The position numbers and the translations under genes were made by a program. 64,000 nucleotides of DNA. Source: an uncultured Phycisphaerales bacterium (GTDB taxonomy: Bacteria > Planctomycetota > Phycisphaerae > Tepidisphaerales > Tepidisphaeraceae). Numbering within the stretch: the first letter of the stretch is position 1; every line of letters starts with the position of its first letter. The stretch covers positions 109,993-173,992 of the forward strand of contig CAVWVQ010000004.1 in assembly GCA_963758525.1 (NCBI GenBank), read 5' to 3'. The notes under the pieces are model-generated. The model was not told the origin of the DNA and did no database searches. It saw only the letters and a list, made by a program, of their open reading frames with translations. Positions 1-10,503 of this stretch are shown here, one piece after another.

Positions 1-1051
1 CGTCCACGATGCGATCGTCGACGAATTGACCCCCGCGGAAGCCGAGGACGTTCGCAACCTCGAGCAATACGCGCCCGATACGGCCGGTGGAATCATGACC
101 ACCGATGTGACGGCGCTCCCGGAACACCTGACGGTCGAAGAGGCGGTCGCCGAGCTGCGCCGGCTCAATGAACAGTTCACCCAGATGTTTTATGTGTACG
201 TCATCGATCATCGGCGGCACCTGCTGGGTGTGCTCTCCATGCGCGATCTGATTTTCGAGCGGCCCGGCAAGAGACTCACGCAGGTGATGCGTTCCGAGGT
301 GACGCGCGTGCCGGCTTCCATGGACCAGGAGCAGGTCGCCCGCGTGATGCGGCGATACAACTACCTCGCCCTTCCCGTCGTGGATGATCAGAACCGCCTG
401 CTCGGCATCATCACCCTCGATGACGTGATGGATGTGATCACGGAAGAAGCCACTGAAGACGTGCAGAAGATGGCCGGCGCCGGTGCTCAGGAACGGCTGA
501 CCAGTCCCTGGCAGTTCAGCTTCAAAAAGCGCGTCTGGTGGCTCGAAGTCAACTTGCTGACGGCGTTTCTCGCCGCCGGCGTCGTCGCCAAGTTCGACAG
601 CGTGATCGCCGCCCTGCCGATCCTTGCCGCGTATCAGACGATCGTTTCCGGCATGGGAGGCAATGCGGGCGCCCAGGCGATGGCCGTCTCCATCCGCGGC
701 ATCGCGCTGGGTGAAGTCGACCAGAAAATGCTGCGCGGGATTCTCTACCGCGAGCTCATCGTCGGCATACTGACCGGGATCGCCATCGGTGTCACCACCT
801 GGCTTTGCGCTCTCTGCGGAGCCTTCAACTATCACCAGCACGCGTTCATGCTCGGGATGGTCGTTTGCCTGGCGCTGGCCCTCAACCACATCAACGCATG
901 TCTCACCGGCGTCGCGATCCCTTTCGTGATGAAATGGTTCGGTTTCGACCCGGCACAATCCGCCACCATCTTCGCGACCACGTTCACCGACTGCGGTGGA
1001 TTTTTCCTGACCCTCTACCTCGCCAAGATCTTCATGCCCTGGCTGGTGTGA
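1..1051 (+). CDS. mgtE: Magnesium transporter MgtE (5'-truncated by window edge)
   Basis: TAGGIMTT followed by a CBS pair (YVYVID, ALPVVD...LLGIITLDDV) and the MgtE membrane domain (GMGGNAGAQ, DPAQSATIFATTFTD). Confidence 0.95.
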   Translation, partial: VHDAIVDELTPAEAEDVRNLEQYAPDTAGGIMTTDVTALPEHLTVEEAVAELRRLNEQFTQMFYVYVIDHRRHLLGVLSMRDLIFERPGKRLTQVMRSEVTRVPASMDQEQVARVMRRYNYLALPVVDDQNRLLGIITLDDVMDVITEEATEDVQKMAGAGAQERLTSPWQFSFKKRVWWLEVNLLTAFLAAGVVAKFDSVIAALPILAAYQTIVSGMGGNAGAQAMAVSIRGIALGEVDQKMLRGILYRELIVGILTGIAIGVTTWLCALCGAFNYHQHAFMLGMVVCLALALNHINACLTGVAIPFVMKWFGFDPAQSATIFATTFTDCGGFFLTLYLAKIFMPWLV

Positions 1052-1054
1052 GGT

Positions 1055-2254
1055 TCAAGGTGCCAACCGCGCAAACTTCCTTCCGAGTTTCACGACGGTT
1101 GCTTTCTCGAAGGTGAATTCCTTCGCGAACTCCGTCACCCTCACGCCGTCAAGGTAAACGGCGCCTTCCTTCAGCTTGCGGATTGCCTCGCCATTGGAAG
1201 CTGCGAGCCCGGCTTTCACCAGCAGCGGCGCGAGTTTGTGCGGCCCTGGGCCGACCGCGATCTCCTTTGTGTCGTCGGGAATCCCTCCCTGTTGAGAGAC
1301 ACGGTTCCATTCCTCCTCCGCTGCCTGCGCCGCCGACGGGTCGTGGAGCCAGGAGATGACTTCTCTGGCCAGGCGAGCTTTCGCATCGCGCGGACGATCG
1401 CGGATGATCGCCCGGTATTCCTCGGGGGGAACGTCGGTGACCAGCTGGTAGTAACTCTCCATGACCGCATCGGGCAGACGCATGATCTTTCCAAACATCC
1501 CTGATTGTCCGCCGGGAGCATCGGTGACGCCGATGTAGTTGCCCTTGCTCTTGGACATCTTCATCGCGCCGTCGGTGCCGACGAGTAACGGCGTCACGAT
1601 CACCACCTGCCCATCGCCCCCCTCTTCTTTCTGAAATTCCCGGCCCACCAGGTTGTTGAAGAGCTGATCGCTGCCGCCCATTTCGACGTCCGCATGAATC
1701 GTCACGCTGTCCCATCCCTGCAACAGCGGATAGAGCAATTCGTGCAGGCGAATGTCCACGCCCTTGGTGAAACGATCCTTGAACGAATCGCGATCGAGCA
1801 TCTGGGCGACGGTCTTGCGCCCGGCCAGGCGAATCATGTCAACGAGGTTCATCTTTGCGAGCCATTCGCCGTTCCATCGCACCTCGAGGTGTTCCGGACC
1901 TGTCATGAGAATTTTGCCGACTTGCGCGACATAGGTCTTTGCGTTCGCGTCGATCTCCTCCCCCGTGAGAATGGGGCGCGTCGCGTCGCGGCCCGACGGA
2001 TCGCCGACGCGGGCGGTGTAGTCGCCGATGATCAGCACTGCCTTATGGCCCCATTCCTGGAACTGGCGGATGACGCGGAGCGGAACCGCATGGCCCAGCG
2101 TCACATCCGGAGCCGTCGGATCCATGCCGAGCTTGATGCGCAGCGGCTGACCGGTCTGTGCGCTGCGGGTGAGTTTGCGGCGCAGGTCCTCGTCGCTCAG
2201 TATTCGTTCGCAGCGCCGGCCGAGCAGATGAATCTGTTCATCAATCGAGATCAT
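1055..2254 (-). CDS. tyrS: Tyrosine--tRNA ligase
   Basis: GMDPTAPD-TLGH (HIGH variant), IGDYTARVGDPSGR, YPLLQGWD, GGSDQLFN, KMSKS, C-terminal S4-like domain. Confidence 0.97.
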   Translation of the reverse strand: MISIDEQIHLLGRRCERILSDEDLRRKLTRSAQTGQPLRIKLGMDPTAPDVTLGHAVPLRVIRQFQEWGHKAVLIIGDYTARVGDPSGRDATRPILTGEEIDANAKTYVAQVGKILMTGPEHLEVRWNGEWLAKMNLVDMIRLAGRKTVAQMLDRDSFKDRFTKGVDIRLHELLYPLLQGWDSVTIHADVEMGGSDQLFNNLVGREFQKEEGGDGQVVIVTPLLVGTDGAMKMSKSKGNYIGVTDAPGGQSGMFGKIMRLPDAVMESYYQLVTDVPPEEYRAIIRDRPRDAKARLAREVISWLHDPSAAQAAEEEWNRVSQQGGIPDDTKEIAVGPGPHKLAPLLVKAGLAASNGEAIRKLKEGAVYLDGVRVTEFAKEFTFEKATVVKLGRKFARLAP

Positions 2255-2292
2255 GGTGGTCCGGAGAGTTTACCCGAATACATCGGGCGGCT

Positions 2293-3295
2293 TCAGTGTG
2301 ACTGGCTCAGAAACTGATACGTGCTGGCGGCGTTGAACAGCGCATGCATCACGATGCTGGTCCAAAGATTCCCTGTTCGCTCGTACGCATATCCCAGGCC
2401 GATCGCCAGGAAAAAGATGGGCGGCCACATCCAACGCGGATGCACGGATGTGAAGAGTGCCGACGCGAGGACGATGGCGGTCCATGTCTGCAAGGCGACG
2501 CCGCGGGAAGGAATCGCCTGCTCCTCATGCAGTTCGATCGGCCGGGCATCGGATAAGGCTCCCGCTACCTCGTCGTGCGTTTGCGGCGCGCCAATGACGG
2601 GCAGCACGCCAGTCATTCGACAGAGCAATTCGCGCAAAAAGGTCTGAATATGAGCGCGAAAGATTAATTCCTCGAACAGAGGCGCCAGGATGACGGCTCC
2701 GACAATCAAGGTGCCGCGGGCCAGTTGATTCGTGGTGTCGCCCATCGCTTTGAGAAGCTCGTGCTCCTGCGGATGCGCGTAGTGATGCACTTCGTAAAAC
2801 CATTCGGTCAGCGCTGAGATCAGCATGATCATCGGCCACACCATCAGAATTCCCAGGACGCCGCGGAGCGCGCCCGGCAGCGGATTGCGGCGTAACCCCA
2901 GCCCTTCGAGCCGCGATGCACGTCCGAGGAGCAATGTGTCGGTGGCCAGGGCAGCACTCAGTCCGACGAACGGCGGAACAGTGGAAATAAACGCCCAGTC
3001 TTTGGGGCTCAACGTCGCCTCGGTGATGATCAATCCGGGATGCGCCGCGCAGCGCCGCGGAATAGATCGCCTGCGTGAAAAACCATGCAAAGCAGGCAAT
3101 CGAGGCGGCCAGGAGCAGACGGTAGATGATCCCGTCGACCAGCGGCAGGCGATAAGGCCCGCTGACCGACCGGGCGCGGAACAATCCGGTCGCCGCGGCG
3201 CCGGCCATGCCGGCCAGTGACATCAGGATCCACGGCGCAAGCGAGACGCTGCTGACTGGAGAGACGGATTCTGCCGCGGCGGCTAAGATGGACAT
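2293..3295 (-). CDS. CPBP/CAAX-type intramembrane metalloprotease (frameshift near 3045)
   Basis: C-terminal frame has LAPLFEELIFR, FTSVH and HALFN motifs. The hydrophobic N-terminus lies in the overlapping frame starting at 3295. Confidence 0.85.
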
Positions 3296-3372
3296 GTACG
3301 AAGGCCGTTGTAAATGTTTCCCGCTCCAGCGGATGGGGCGGGGAATCTTAATCCCGAGGCGTGCATTTTCCC

Positions 3373-4182
3373 ATGAGCAGCGTGTTGGACAAAATTATCG
3401 AAAGCAAGCGGCGCGAGGTCGCCGAGCGTCGGCAGAGCGTACCGATCGAGTCATTGCGCGAAACCATCAGCACGCTCGGCCGGCCGCGCAACTTTTTCCA
3501 CGCGGTGACGCGCAAAACGTCAAAGGCGTTAAACCTGATTGCGGAAGTCAAAAAAGCCTCCCCCAGTGCCGGCGTTATCCGAGCCGATTTCGATCCCGTG
3601 GCGATTGCCCAGACCTACGCCGCGGCCGGCGCCGATGCGCTGAGCGTTTTGACCGACGAACCCTTTTTCCAGGGCAAGCTCGAATACATTCATGCGATCC
3701 GCGACCGGGTCAGGCTGCCGGTATTGCGGAAGGATTTCATCATCGATCCGTATCAGGTGTACGAAACGCGGGCATGCGGGGCGGACGCCATGCTGCTGAT
3801 TGCCGAATGTCTGGAGACGAGCCAGATGATCGACCTGCAGATTCTGGCCACAGAGTTGAGCCTCACGTGCCTGATTGAGGTGCATGACATGGACAATCTG
3901 ATGCGCGTCCGGGATCACGTGATCGGCTTTCCGCATCGCAGTTACAGCCTGTTGGGAATTAACAACCGCGACTTGCGGACATTCCAGACCGATCTGGGAA
4001 ATACCCTGCGGCTGGCCGAACTCGTCGAAGACCGCTCCGTGCTCGTCAGTGAAAGCGGCATTCGCACGCGTGAAGATGTTCTCAAACTTGCCGCCGCCGG
4101 AGTCAGCGCAGCGCTCGTCGGCGAAAGCCTCATGCGCAGCGACGATGTAGCCGGCAAGATTCGCGAACTCTTTCACAAATAA
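3373..4182 (+). CDS. trpC: Indole-3-glycerol phosphate synthase
   Basis: IAEVKKASPSAG, LSVLTDEPFFQG, LRKDFIID, GINNRDL, VSESGI, LVGESLM. Confidence 0.97.
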   Translation: MSSVLDKIIESKRREVAERRQSVPIESLRETISTLGRPRNFFHAVTRKTSKALNLIAEVKKASPSAGVIRADFDPVAIAQTYAAAGADALSVLTDEPFFQGKLEYIHAIRDRVRLPVLRKDFIIDPYQVYETRACGADAMLLIAECLETSQMIDLQILATELSLTCLIEVHDMDNLMRVRDHVIGFPHRSYSLLGINNRDLRTFQTDLGNTLRLAELVEDRSVLVSESGIRTREDVLKLAAAGVSAALVGESLMRSDDVAGKIRELFHK

Positions 4183-4248
4183 ACCCACAGAGGCGCGGTT
4201 ACAAAACGGCCTGTTAGTAAACATCCCCATAAGTAAGGGACCATCAAT

Positions 4249-4316
4249 GTAGGGCGGGATTTATCCCGCCGGATGCCTCCGCCGGATGCGAATCGGCGGG
4301 ATAGATCCCGCCCTAC
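4249..4316. repeat. REP-like inverted doublet, family A (GTAGGGCGGGAT..ATCCCGCC)
   Basis: GTAGGGCGGGATTTATCCCGCC ... GGCGGGATAGATCCCGCCCTAC. Further copies at 10972, 32556, 57829 and 57942. Confidence 0.9.
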
Positions 4317-4349
4317 ATGTGGCCCTCTTTCAATGGGGCGCTGTAGTTA

Positions 4350-4392
4350 GGGCCCGCGCACGAATAACTTCAATTTATTCATGCGCGAGCTC
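4350..4392. mobile_element. Minimal MITE-like element, family X (18-nt TIRs, TTA flanks)
   Basis: TTA|GGGCCCGCGCACGAATAA-7nt-TTATTCATGCGCGAGCTC|TTA. Near-identical ends to 37240-37411. Confidence 0.7.
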
Positions 4393-6180
4393 TTACTGCG
4401 GCCCGTTGTTATTCCCTCCCGCCATGTCCTGCCGCGCTTTCAGCCCGGCCGAAATCAGATTCTGAATCAGCTCCGTCGGGACGAACGTGTCGAAGCGAAT
4501 CGACGGGCCGTCGGTCGCGACTGAGATGCCGATCGGCGGCAGGTCATCAGGAAGGTGCAGCTTGATCGGGAACCCGAAGTTCTCCGCCAGCTTGGAAGCG
4601 GATGTGGCGATGTTGTCGAGGAAGACGTAGTAAACGAGCACCGGCTTTTTCGCGAGATGCGACGCCACCATCGCGACGTTGGGGCGCGGGCTGATCGCGT
4701 CCTGCCCGCCTTTGGCGGAGGCAATCGCGTCAGAAATCAGTTGATCGTTGCCGCCGGTCACCACAATGTAATGACTGTCGTCCGCGGCGCCCGCGTACGC
4801 TCCCACGCCGTTGGGCCCATAAAGCAACGCGATGGCCTGTTGTGCCTGCGCTGCCTTGGGATCGTTCGGATCCATCGCCAGATTGGTCTGAAGCTGATCG
4901 AAGCTGACGCCATCCACGGTCTTCGCGTCCGGCTTGAAATCGAAGGTCATGGGAGCGTTCGTCGATTGCGGTCCGCTCTTGAGCATGTCCGCCAGTGACT
5001 GGAACACCTTCCGGTTGCTGTCGCGGATGACCTTCGAATCCCCCTTGGATACCGCCACCGACTGAAGAACTGCTTCCTGCCCCGCCGCTCCGCTGGGAAC
5101 GATATATCCCGCGCCCGAAGCATTCATGGCACCGACCGCATCCTTCATCGACGAGACCATATCGCCGACCGGCTTCCACTGATCGCCCGCTTCTCCCAGT
5201 TCCTTGACGATCGGGTCGGCCAGGTTCCCCAACATCTGTTGCGCGACTTTCGGGTCGGCCGCGTAACCGCCGACTGCGAAGTATTTCTTGTCAGGCAGGC
5301 CCGCCAGTGCGGAGTCAGCCCCGGTCCCCTTCAACTGCGCAAAGTTCTGACCGAGCCGTGAGTCCGGCTGGAACTCCGCCATCGACCCGGCGCTGATCCC
5401 CGCGTCCGACAGATCGATGCTGATCACGCCGCTGGTCCCCTGCTCGATGTAATCCTGCACCGCGTTCATATACATGTTGACGACCGCCTTGACCACCGGG
5501 GCCAGCTTCTTGCTGGCTTCGTCCTTGCCGAGATTGTTCTGCATCTCGTTGAGAAATTTCTCGCGCTGCTCCTTCAGCTTCGGCAGCCCAACCGTTCGAA
5601 GCTGCTCCATGTTTGCAAAGATCGTGATGTCCTTCGACTCAGCTTCCTTCGCCGCGAGGCCCGCGAGCTTGAAGCCGGCCGGCTTGTTCGCCAGCGTCTC
5701 CTTGTTATCCGCGACGGCAGCGAAATCGCCCCAGTGCGCGATGAAGACCGGCTTGTTGTCGTCGGTGCTGGTAGCGCTGGTGATATCGCCGTCTTCCTGC
5801 GGTTCCTTGAAGTTGCCGACAAATGCCTTGTAGTCACTGACGGGAATGATGCCCACGATTTTGGGCGGAGCACCGGCCGGCTGACCCGCGGGCATCGGAA
5901 AGAATGCAATTGCCGCATCCCCGTCCTTATTAATGCCCTGAGACATGTGACCCTTCTCCAGCATCGAGCCGAGCGGGTCCTTGAACTCCGGGACCATCTC
6001 GTCGATCCCCCACGCGTGGGCGATTTTGATGATCTTCGCATTGATCGCATTCAGATTCTTCACTTTGAGCACCGCGATCGCGTCCGATGGCACCTGGTCG
6101 AGAACCTGCGCCTGAGCACGGGCGCTCAGTGCCAACGCCAACAACGCCAATGGAATAATGAGCCGGTTGCGAATCTTCAT
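4393..6180 (-). CDS. Large exported hypothetical protein (possibly DUF3352-like)
   Basis: Signal peptide MKIRNRLIIPLALLALALSARAQA followed by LDQVPSDAIAVL. Strong coding bias; GGAGA SD upstream. Confidence 0.8.
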   Translation of the reverse strand: MKIRNRLIIPLALLALALSARAQAQVLDQVPSDAIAVLKVKNLNAINAKIIKIAHAWGIDEMVPEFKDPLGSMLEKGHMSQGINKDGDAAIAFFPMPAGQPAGAPPKIVGIIPVSDYKAFVGNFKEPQEDGDITSATSTDDNKPVFIAHWGDFAAVADNKETLANKPAGFKLAGLAAKEAESKDITIFANMEQLRTVGLPKLKEQREKFLNEMQNNLGKDEASKKLAPVVKAVVNMYMNAVQDYIEQGTSGVISIDLSDAGISAGSMAEFQPDSRLGQNFAQLKGTGADSALAGLPDKKYFAVGGYAADPKVAQQMLGNLADPIVKELGEAGDQWKPVGDMVSSMKDAVGAMNASGAGYIVPSGAAGQEAVLQSVAVSKGDSKVIRDSNRKVFQSLADMLKSGPQSTNAPMTFDFKPDAKTVDGVSFDQLQTNLAMDPNDPKAAQAQQAIALLYGPNGVGAYAGAADDSHYIVVTGGNDQLISDAIASAKGGQDAISPRPNVAMVASHLAKKPVLVYYVFLDNIATSASKLAENFGFPIKLHLPDDLPPIGISVATDGPSIRFDTFVPTELIQNLISAGLKARQDMAGGNNNGPQ

Positions 6181-6408
6181 GCGGTCTCCTTCGACAGGCC
6201 GAACAGGCCGAGGCGGCAACACGCGAGGCAGGGGACGCGCACGCGTTCCTGCCGCGCAATACCGCGATCAATGAAAGACATCCTATCGGCTCGACATCGA
6301 GCGTCAAAGGTATAATCAGCGGCCTTCCTAGTAATCGCTGGTAATCGCAATTCTCCGAGTAAACGACCGTGCGCGATCCCGCGCGGTCCGCAGTCACCGA
6401 GAAATGCA

Positions 6409-6515
6409 GAACACGAATCGACACGAATTTCGCACGAATCTTCACGAAGAAGATTTCCCCGGTTTATTCGTGAGGATTCGTGCCCATTGGTGCCCATTGG
6501 TGCCCATTGGTGTTC
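6409..6515. repeat. Inverted array of ~10-nt CACGAAT / ATT(C/G)GTG units
   Basis: ACACGAATCG ACACGAATTT CGCACGAATC ... ATTCGTGCCC ATTGGTGCCC ATTGGTGCCC. Related units at 61782-61805. Confidence 0.8.
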
Positions 6516-6651
6516 CCTCTTCATGGATTCGCGGCGAATGTGGGAGATTGACAGCGCGTGTCCGAAGTCATTTAGGGGATGGGGTAACACGTAGAGACGG
6601 GTCGTCCACCCCGGCGCAGCGGATAAAAATCGCTATGATCAACAGCACGCA

Positions 6652-7428
6652 ATGAACATCGCCTGCTGTCAATTCGATATCGCCTGGGAGCAGAAGCAGA
6701 CGAACCACGACCGCGTGGCCGGGATGCTCCGCGCTGCCGGACTTCCCGCCGGGAGTCTCGTGCTGCTCCCGGAGATGTTTGCCACGGGGTTCAGCATGAA
6801 CGTTGCCGGCATTGATGACGGCCCGAACAACGCAACCCGGGAATTTCTCATCGGACTCAGTCGCGAGTTGAAGCTGAACATTCTTGCCGGCCTGGTTCGG
6901 ACCGGATCCGACGGCGCCGGGCGCAATGAAGCGATCGCAGTTGATCCTGAGGGCAATGAGTCCGCCCGTTATCAGAAGCTGCACCCCTTCAGTTTCGGCG
7001 AAGAAAACAAGCATTACACGCCGGGGAGCAAGGTCGTCACGTTTCGCTGGAACGGGTTGTGCGTCTGCCCGCTGATCTGTTACGACCTGCGCTTCCCCGA
7101 GCCGTTTCGCGCCGCGGTCAAGCGTGGCGCGGACTGTTTTGCGATCATTGCAAACTGGCCTTCGGCGCGCGAGCAGCACTGGGTCACGTTGCTGCAAGCC
7201 CGTGCCATCGAAAACCAGGCGTATGTCGCCGCGGTGAATCGTTGCGGCAACGACCCGAAATCAACGTACTCCGGGCGCAGCCTCATTATCGACCCGCGCG
7301 GCAAGATCCTCGCCGACGCTGGTGATGGACCAGGCGTCATCTCGGTGGATATCGATCGTGCCGCGCTCCTTGCGTATCGCGCCCAATTTCCCGTGCTCAA
7401 CGACATAAGGAACGACTATGCGCTCTGA
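6652..7428 (+). CDS. Carbon-nitrogen hydrolase (nitrilase superfamily, YafV/omega-amidase-like)
   Basis: Catalytic triad contexts LPEMF, YQKLHPF, ICYDLRFPE; also ARAIENQAYV. Confidence 0.93.
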   Translation: MNIACCQFDIAWEQKQTNHDRVAGMLRAAGLPAGSLVLLPEMFATGFSMNVAGIDDGPNNATREFLIGLSRELKLNILAGLVRTGSDGAGRNEAIAVDPEGNESARYQKLHPFSFGEENKHYTPGSKVVTFRWNGLCVCPLICYDLRFPEPFRAAVKRGADCFAIIANWPSAREQHWVTLLQARAIENQAYVAAVNRCGNDPKSTYSGRSLIIDPRGKILADAGDGPGVISVDIDRAALLAYRAQFPVLNDIRNDYAL

Positions 7429-7437
7429 TGCTTCAGT

Positions 7438-7587
7438 GTGGCACGGGCATCTTGCCCGTGTTCGAGGCGCGGGTACGAAGAGAAACCCCGTTACAGAAGG
7501 TTTCTCTCTATTCCTGGACCGTCTGCACGAGCGCGACGCCGCCGTTTCGGCTCTCGCTTCAAATCACAGCCGAGACGGCCGTGCTAC
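7438..7587. repeat. REP-like doublet, family C (GT(G/A)GCAC...GTGC(C/T)AC)
   Basis: GTGGCACGGGCATCTTGCCCGTG ... CACAGCCGAGACGGCCGTGCTAC. Relatives at 17277, 19684, 21862 and 37303. Confidence 0.85.
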
Positions 7588-7632
7588 AGAGATGCCGTTC
7601 GATCCTGCTGTTATTACGCGGGTCCGCGAGTC

Positions 7633-8451
7633 ATGAGTCGAAAGCCCCGCCCGCCGCGCGACGCGTCGCGACGCTATCACGATCGCGTGGCCCGCCAATA
7701 CGATTCGATTTACGAAGACCCGTATTGGGAGTTTCACGACGAGCTCACCTGGCGGCTCATCAAGCCGTATCTCCCGACCGATCTTTCCGTCCCCTGCGCC
7801 GATCTGGGTTGCGGCACCGGCAAGTGGGGCCTGCGGCTGATCAAGAGCGGCTTTGCGGTAACGTTCGTCGACAACTCCGCGGCCATGATCGGCCAGGCGC
7901 GCGGCAAGCTCGACGAGATGGCAACCAAAGGCCAGCGCGGCACGGCGCTGGTTGCCGACATTGTCGATCTTGCAGCGATTCCCGACGAAAGCTTCGGTCT
8001 GGTGCTGGCGATGGGCGATCCGCTGTCGATCTGCTCGGACGCGTCGCGAGCCGCGCGCGAAATCCGCCGCATTCTGCGGCCCGCCGGGGTGGTGATCGCG
8101 ACAGCCGACAACCAGCTTGCGGCATTGGATCACTATGCCCAGCGCGGCAACCTCGATGAGCTGGAGGAATTCGTTCATCGCGGCACAACCCGCTGGCTCA
8201 CCAACGACGAACAGGAGCGCTTCGAACTGACGACCTTCACCCCCGCCTCGCTGCGGAAGCTTTTTGAGCACTCCGGTCTGACCGTTGAAAAGCTCACGGG
8301 CAAGCCGATTCTCCCGGTGCGTCAATACAAAACATTGCTGGAGCAGCCCGGCGCCGTCGAGCGCCTGCTGCGGCTGGAAACAGAATTGAGCCGCGATCCC
8401 GCATCAGCGGCGCGAGCGGCGCATCTGCAGATCGTGGGAAGACGCGGGTGA
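7633..8451 (+). CDS. Class I SAM-dependent methyltransferase
   Basis: ADLGCGTG motif I, FVDNS, EIRRILRPAG. Start placed downstream of the REP element. Confidence 0.9.
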   Translation: MSRKPRPPRDASRRYHDRVARQYDSIYEDPYWEFHDELTWRLIKPYLPTDLSVPCADLGCGTGKWGLRLIKSGFAVTFVDNSAAMIGQARGKLDEMATKGQRGTALVADIVDLAAIPDESFGLVLAMGDPLSICSDASRAAREIRRILRPAGVVIATADNQLAALDHYAQRGNLDELEEFVHRGTTRWLTNDEQERFELTTFTPASLRKLFEHSGLTVEKLTGKPILPVRQYKTLLEQPGAVERLLRLETELSRDPASAARAAHLQIVGRRG

Positions 8452-8532
8452 TTTAGCGGGTTTGGTACACCCTTGGGAACTCGCGCGCGGTGAGTCTTCC
8501 CGAACGCCGAGGGTGCTTGCACCCTCGGATTC

Positions 8533-10332
8533 TTATTCGTGCAGCGCCCCCAGATGCGCTTCTGCGACCTCCATCGCCTCGGCGTCGCTGTTCACAAACA
8601 AACCGCGAAGCTGTGCGTGGACGCGTTCGGCGGCGTGATGACAGAAGCGCTTGCCGGTGATGAGGTCGCGGCGAAGGTCGGGGTTGTGCCCGTTTCCGTC
8701 GGGGCCGAAGGCGATGAGCATTCCCTGCAGCTTGCTGATCACCGCCGCCGAGGCGTAGAGATCGGCGGCGCACCAGGCGACGCGCTCCTGGAGCAGTTGC
8801 ATGTCGAGGATGCGTTCGCGATGCGTTCTCAGCAGCTTACTGATGGATCGCGCGAATGAGGTTGTCAGCTTGCCGAGCGTCTGTCCCTCGTGTGTCAGTT
8901 CGGAATGCAGCCCGGCGAAATCGTGTCCGATGAGAATGTCGTCCCACTGCCCGCGCGCGAAGTGCGCGAGGCGGCCGAAGTTGCCGACCGGATGCTTGGC
9001 CGCGCGCAGCACCTTCTCAAATTCTTCGCCGACGCCTTTCATCCCCACCAGCGCGATGAACGCGGTCATGACTTCGGTCGTCCCTTCGACGATGCGGTTG
9101 ATCCGCGCGTCGCGGAGCATCCGCTCCAGACCGTGCTCGCGCATGTATCCCTCGCCGCCCCAGATCTGCACGGCATCGTCACTGATGCGCCAGAGCGCTT
9201 CGGAGCAGAAGAGTTTGGCGATCGCGGTTTCGAGCATCAGATCATCGGCATGCCGATCGACGAGGCCGGCGCAGAGATAGGTGAGCGCTTCCATCGCAAA
9301 AGTATCCTCGGCCATGCGGGCGATCTTCTGCTTGATGAGCTGAAACTCGCCGATGCTGCGGCCGAACTGACGGCGCGATTGCGCCCGATCGATGCACATT
9401 TCAAGCGCCACTTTGGCGCCGCCGACGCATCCTGCGCTGAGAGTGCATCGTCCGTAGCTCAGGACGCTCAAGGCAACCTTCAGCCCTTTTCCCACGCCGC
9501 CCAGGATCTGATCGGCCGGAACCGGCATGTCGGTGAATTCCAGGGTTCCCTGCCAAGTCCCGCGCACGCCGCACTTGCTCCGGTTGGGGCTCACGACGCG
9601 GAAGCCGCTCATGTGCGGATTGACGAGAAATGCCGTGACCTTGTCGCGCGTGCGGCCGTTCTCGGTGACGGATGTTTTTGCCATCACCGTCATCACTCCG
9701 GCGAGCGCCGAGTTGGTCGCGTACCGTTTGGTTCCGTTCAGCAGCCAGTGCGTCCCGTCGGCACTCCGTTTCGCGATGGTCTGAACGCCCGCCGCGTCCG
9801 ATCCGACCTCCGGCTCGCTCAAACAAAACGCCGCCAGCATATCGCCGGATGCGAGCGACGGCAGATACCGCTGCTTCTGTTCCTCGGTTCCCATCAACAC
9901 CAACGCCTTGAGGCCGATCGACTGATGAGCGCCCACCAGGACCGCCGTCGATGCGCAGTGTCCGGAGATGCGCTCCAGCACCCGGCAATACGCCGTGTGA
10001 CTGAACCCGCCGCCGCCGTACTCTTTGGGAACGGTCATTCCCAGGACGCCGAGCTTTGCGAGCCCGCCAATCACATGTGGCGGAATGCGCTCCTCCGCAT
10101 CGATCTGATCCGCATTCACCTGGGCAACGAGAAATGCATCGACACGCGCGATCAACTCGTCGGTGCGCCGGGCCTCGTCTGCGTCCTGCATCGGATATGG
10201 CAAGACCTGATCCGATGACAGTCTTCCAAAAAAGATCGACTTCACGAAGCCCATCGGCCCCGATGGCGCGGATTCAAGAAGGTCCTGCGCTTTCTCAATC
10301 TGCTCCTGGTCGGCACGTTTGAAGGTTGGCAT
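8533..10332 (-). CDS. Acyl-CoA dehydrogenase (VLCAD/ACAD9-like, C-terminal extension)
   Basis: FCLSEPEVGSDA, LNGTKRYATN, RRQFGRSIGEFQLI, QIWGGEGYM, RDARINRIVEGTTEV. AGGAG SD upstream. Confidence 0.95.
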   Translation of the reverse strand: MPTFKRADQEQIEKAQDLLESAPSGPMGFVKSIFFGRLSSDQVLPYPMQDADEARRTDELIARVDAFLVAQVNADQIDAEERIPPHVIGGLAKLGVLGMTVPKEYGGGGFSHTAYCRVLERISGHCASTAVLVGAHQSIGLKALVLMGTEEQKQRYLPSLASGDMLAAFCLSEPEVGSDAAGVQTIAKRSADGTHWLLNGTKRYATNSALAGVMTVMAKTSVTENGRTRDKVTAFLVNPHMSGFRVVSPNRSKCGVRGTWQGTLEFTDMPVPADQILGGVGKGLKVALSVLSYGRCTLSAGCVGGAKVALEMCIDRAQSRRQFGRSIGEFQLIKQKIARMAEDTFAMEALTYLCAGLVDRHADDLMLETAIAKLFCSEALWRISDDAVQIWGGEGYMREHGLERMLRDARINRIVEGTTEVMTAFIALVGMKGVGEEFEKVLRAAKHPVGNFGRLAHFARGQWDDILIGHDFAGLHSELTHEGQTLGKLTTSFARSISKLLRTHRERILDMQLLQERVAWCAADLYASAAVISKLQGMLIAFGPDGNGHNPDLRRDLITGKRFCHHAAERVHAQLRGLFVNSDAEAMEVAEAHLGALHE

Positions 10333-10401
10333 GGTGTTCTCCTGGCTCGATGAACCCGAATTGCCGGGGTACCGGCAAAGCGGGTTCATGAAACGATTCC
10401 T

Positions 10402-10503
10402 GCCGGGACGCGCAGCGGAGCGCGTCGGACGGCGCTGTTTTTCATAGGACCGCTCGCCCTTCCACGGGCTCCGTGCGCGTTCCGCTGCGCATCGCGGCTA
10501 ACC
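10402..10503. repeat. REP-like doublet, family E (GTTAGCCGCGACGCGCAGCGGAGCG), overlapping the fadJ 3' end
   Basis: GCCGGGACGCGCAGCGGAGCGCG ... CGCGTTCCGCTGCGCATCGCGGCTAACC. Cleaner copy at 21631-21715. Confidence 0.8.

Noticed and set aside
6291..6316. TCGACA...TATAAT sigma70-like promoter
   Set aside because: The spacer is only 14 nt and the nearest co-oriented start is over 300 nt away; not supportable.
7428..7632. N-terminal extension of the methyltransferase through the REP
   Set aside because: The only in-frame upstream start is the REP's own GTG with no SD. ATG 7633 gives a normal-length protein.
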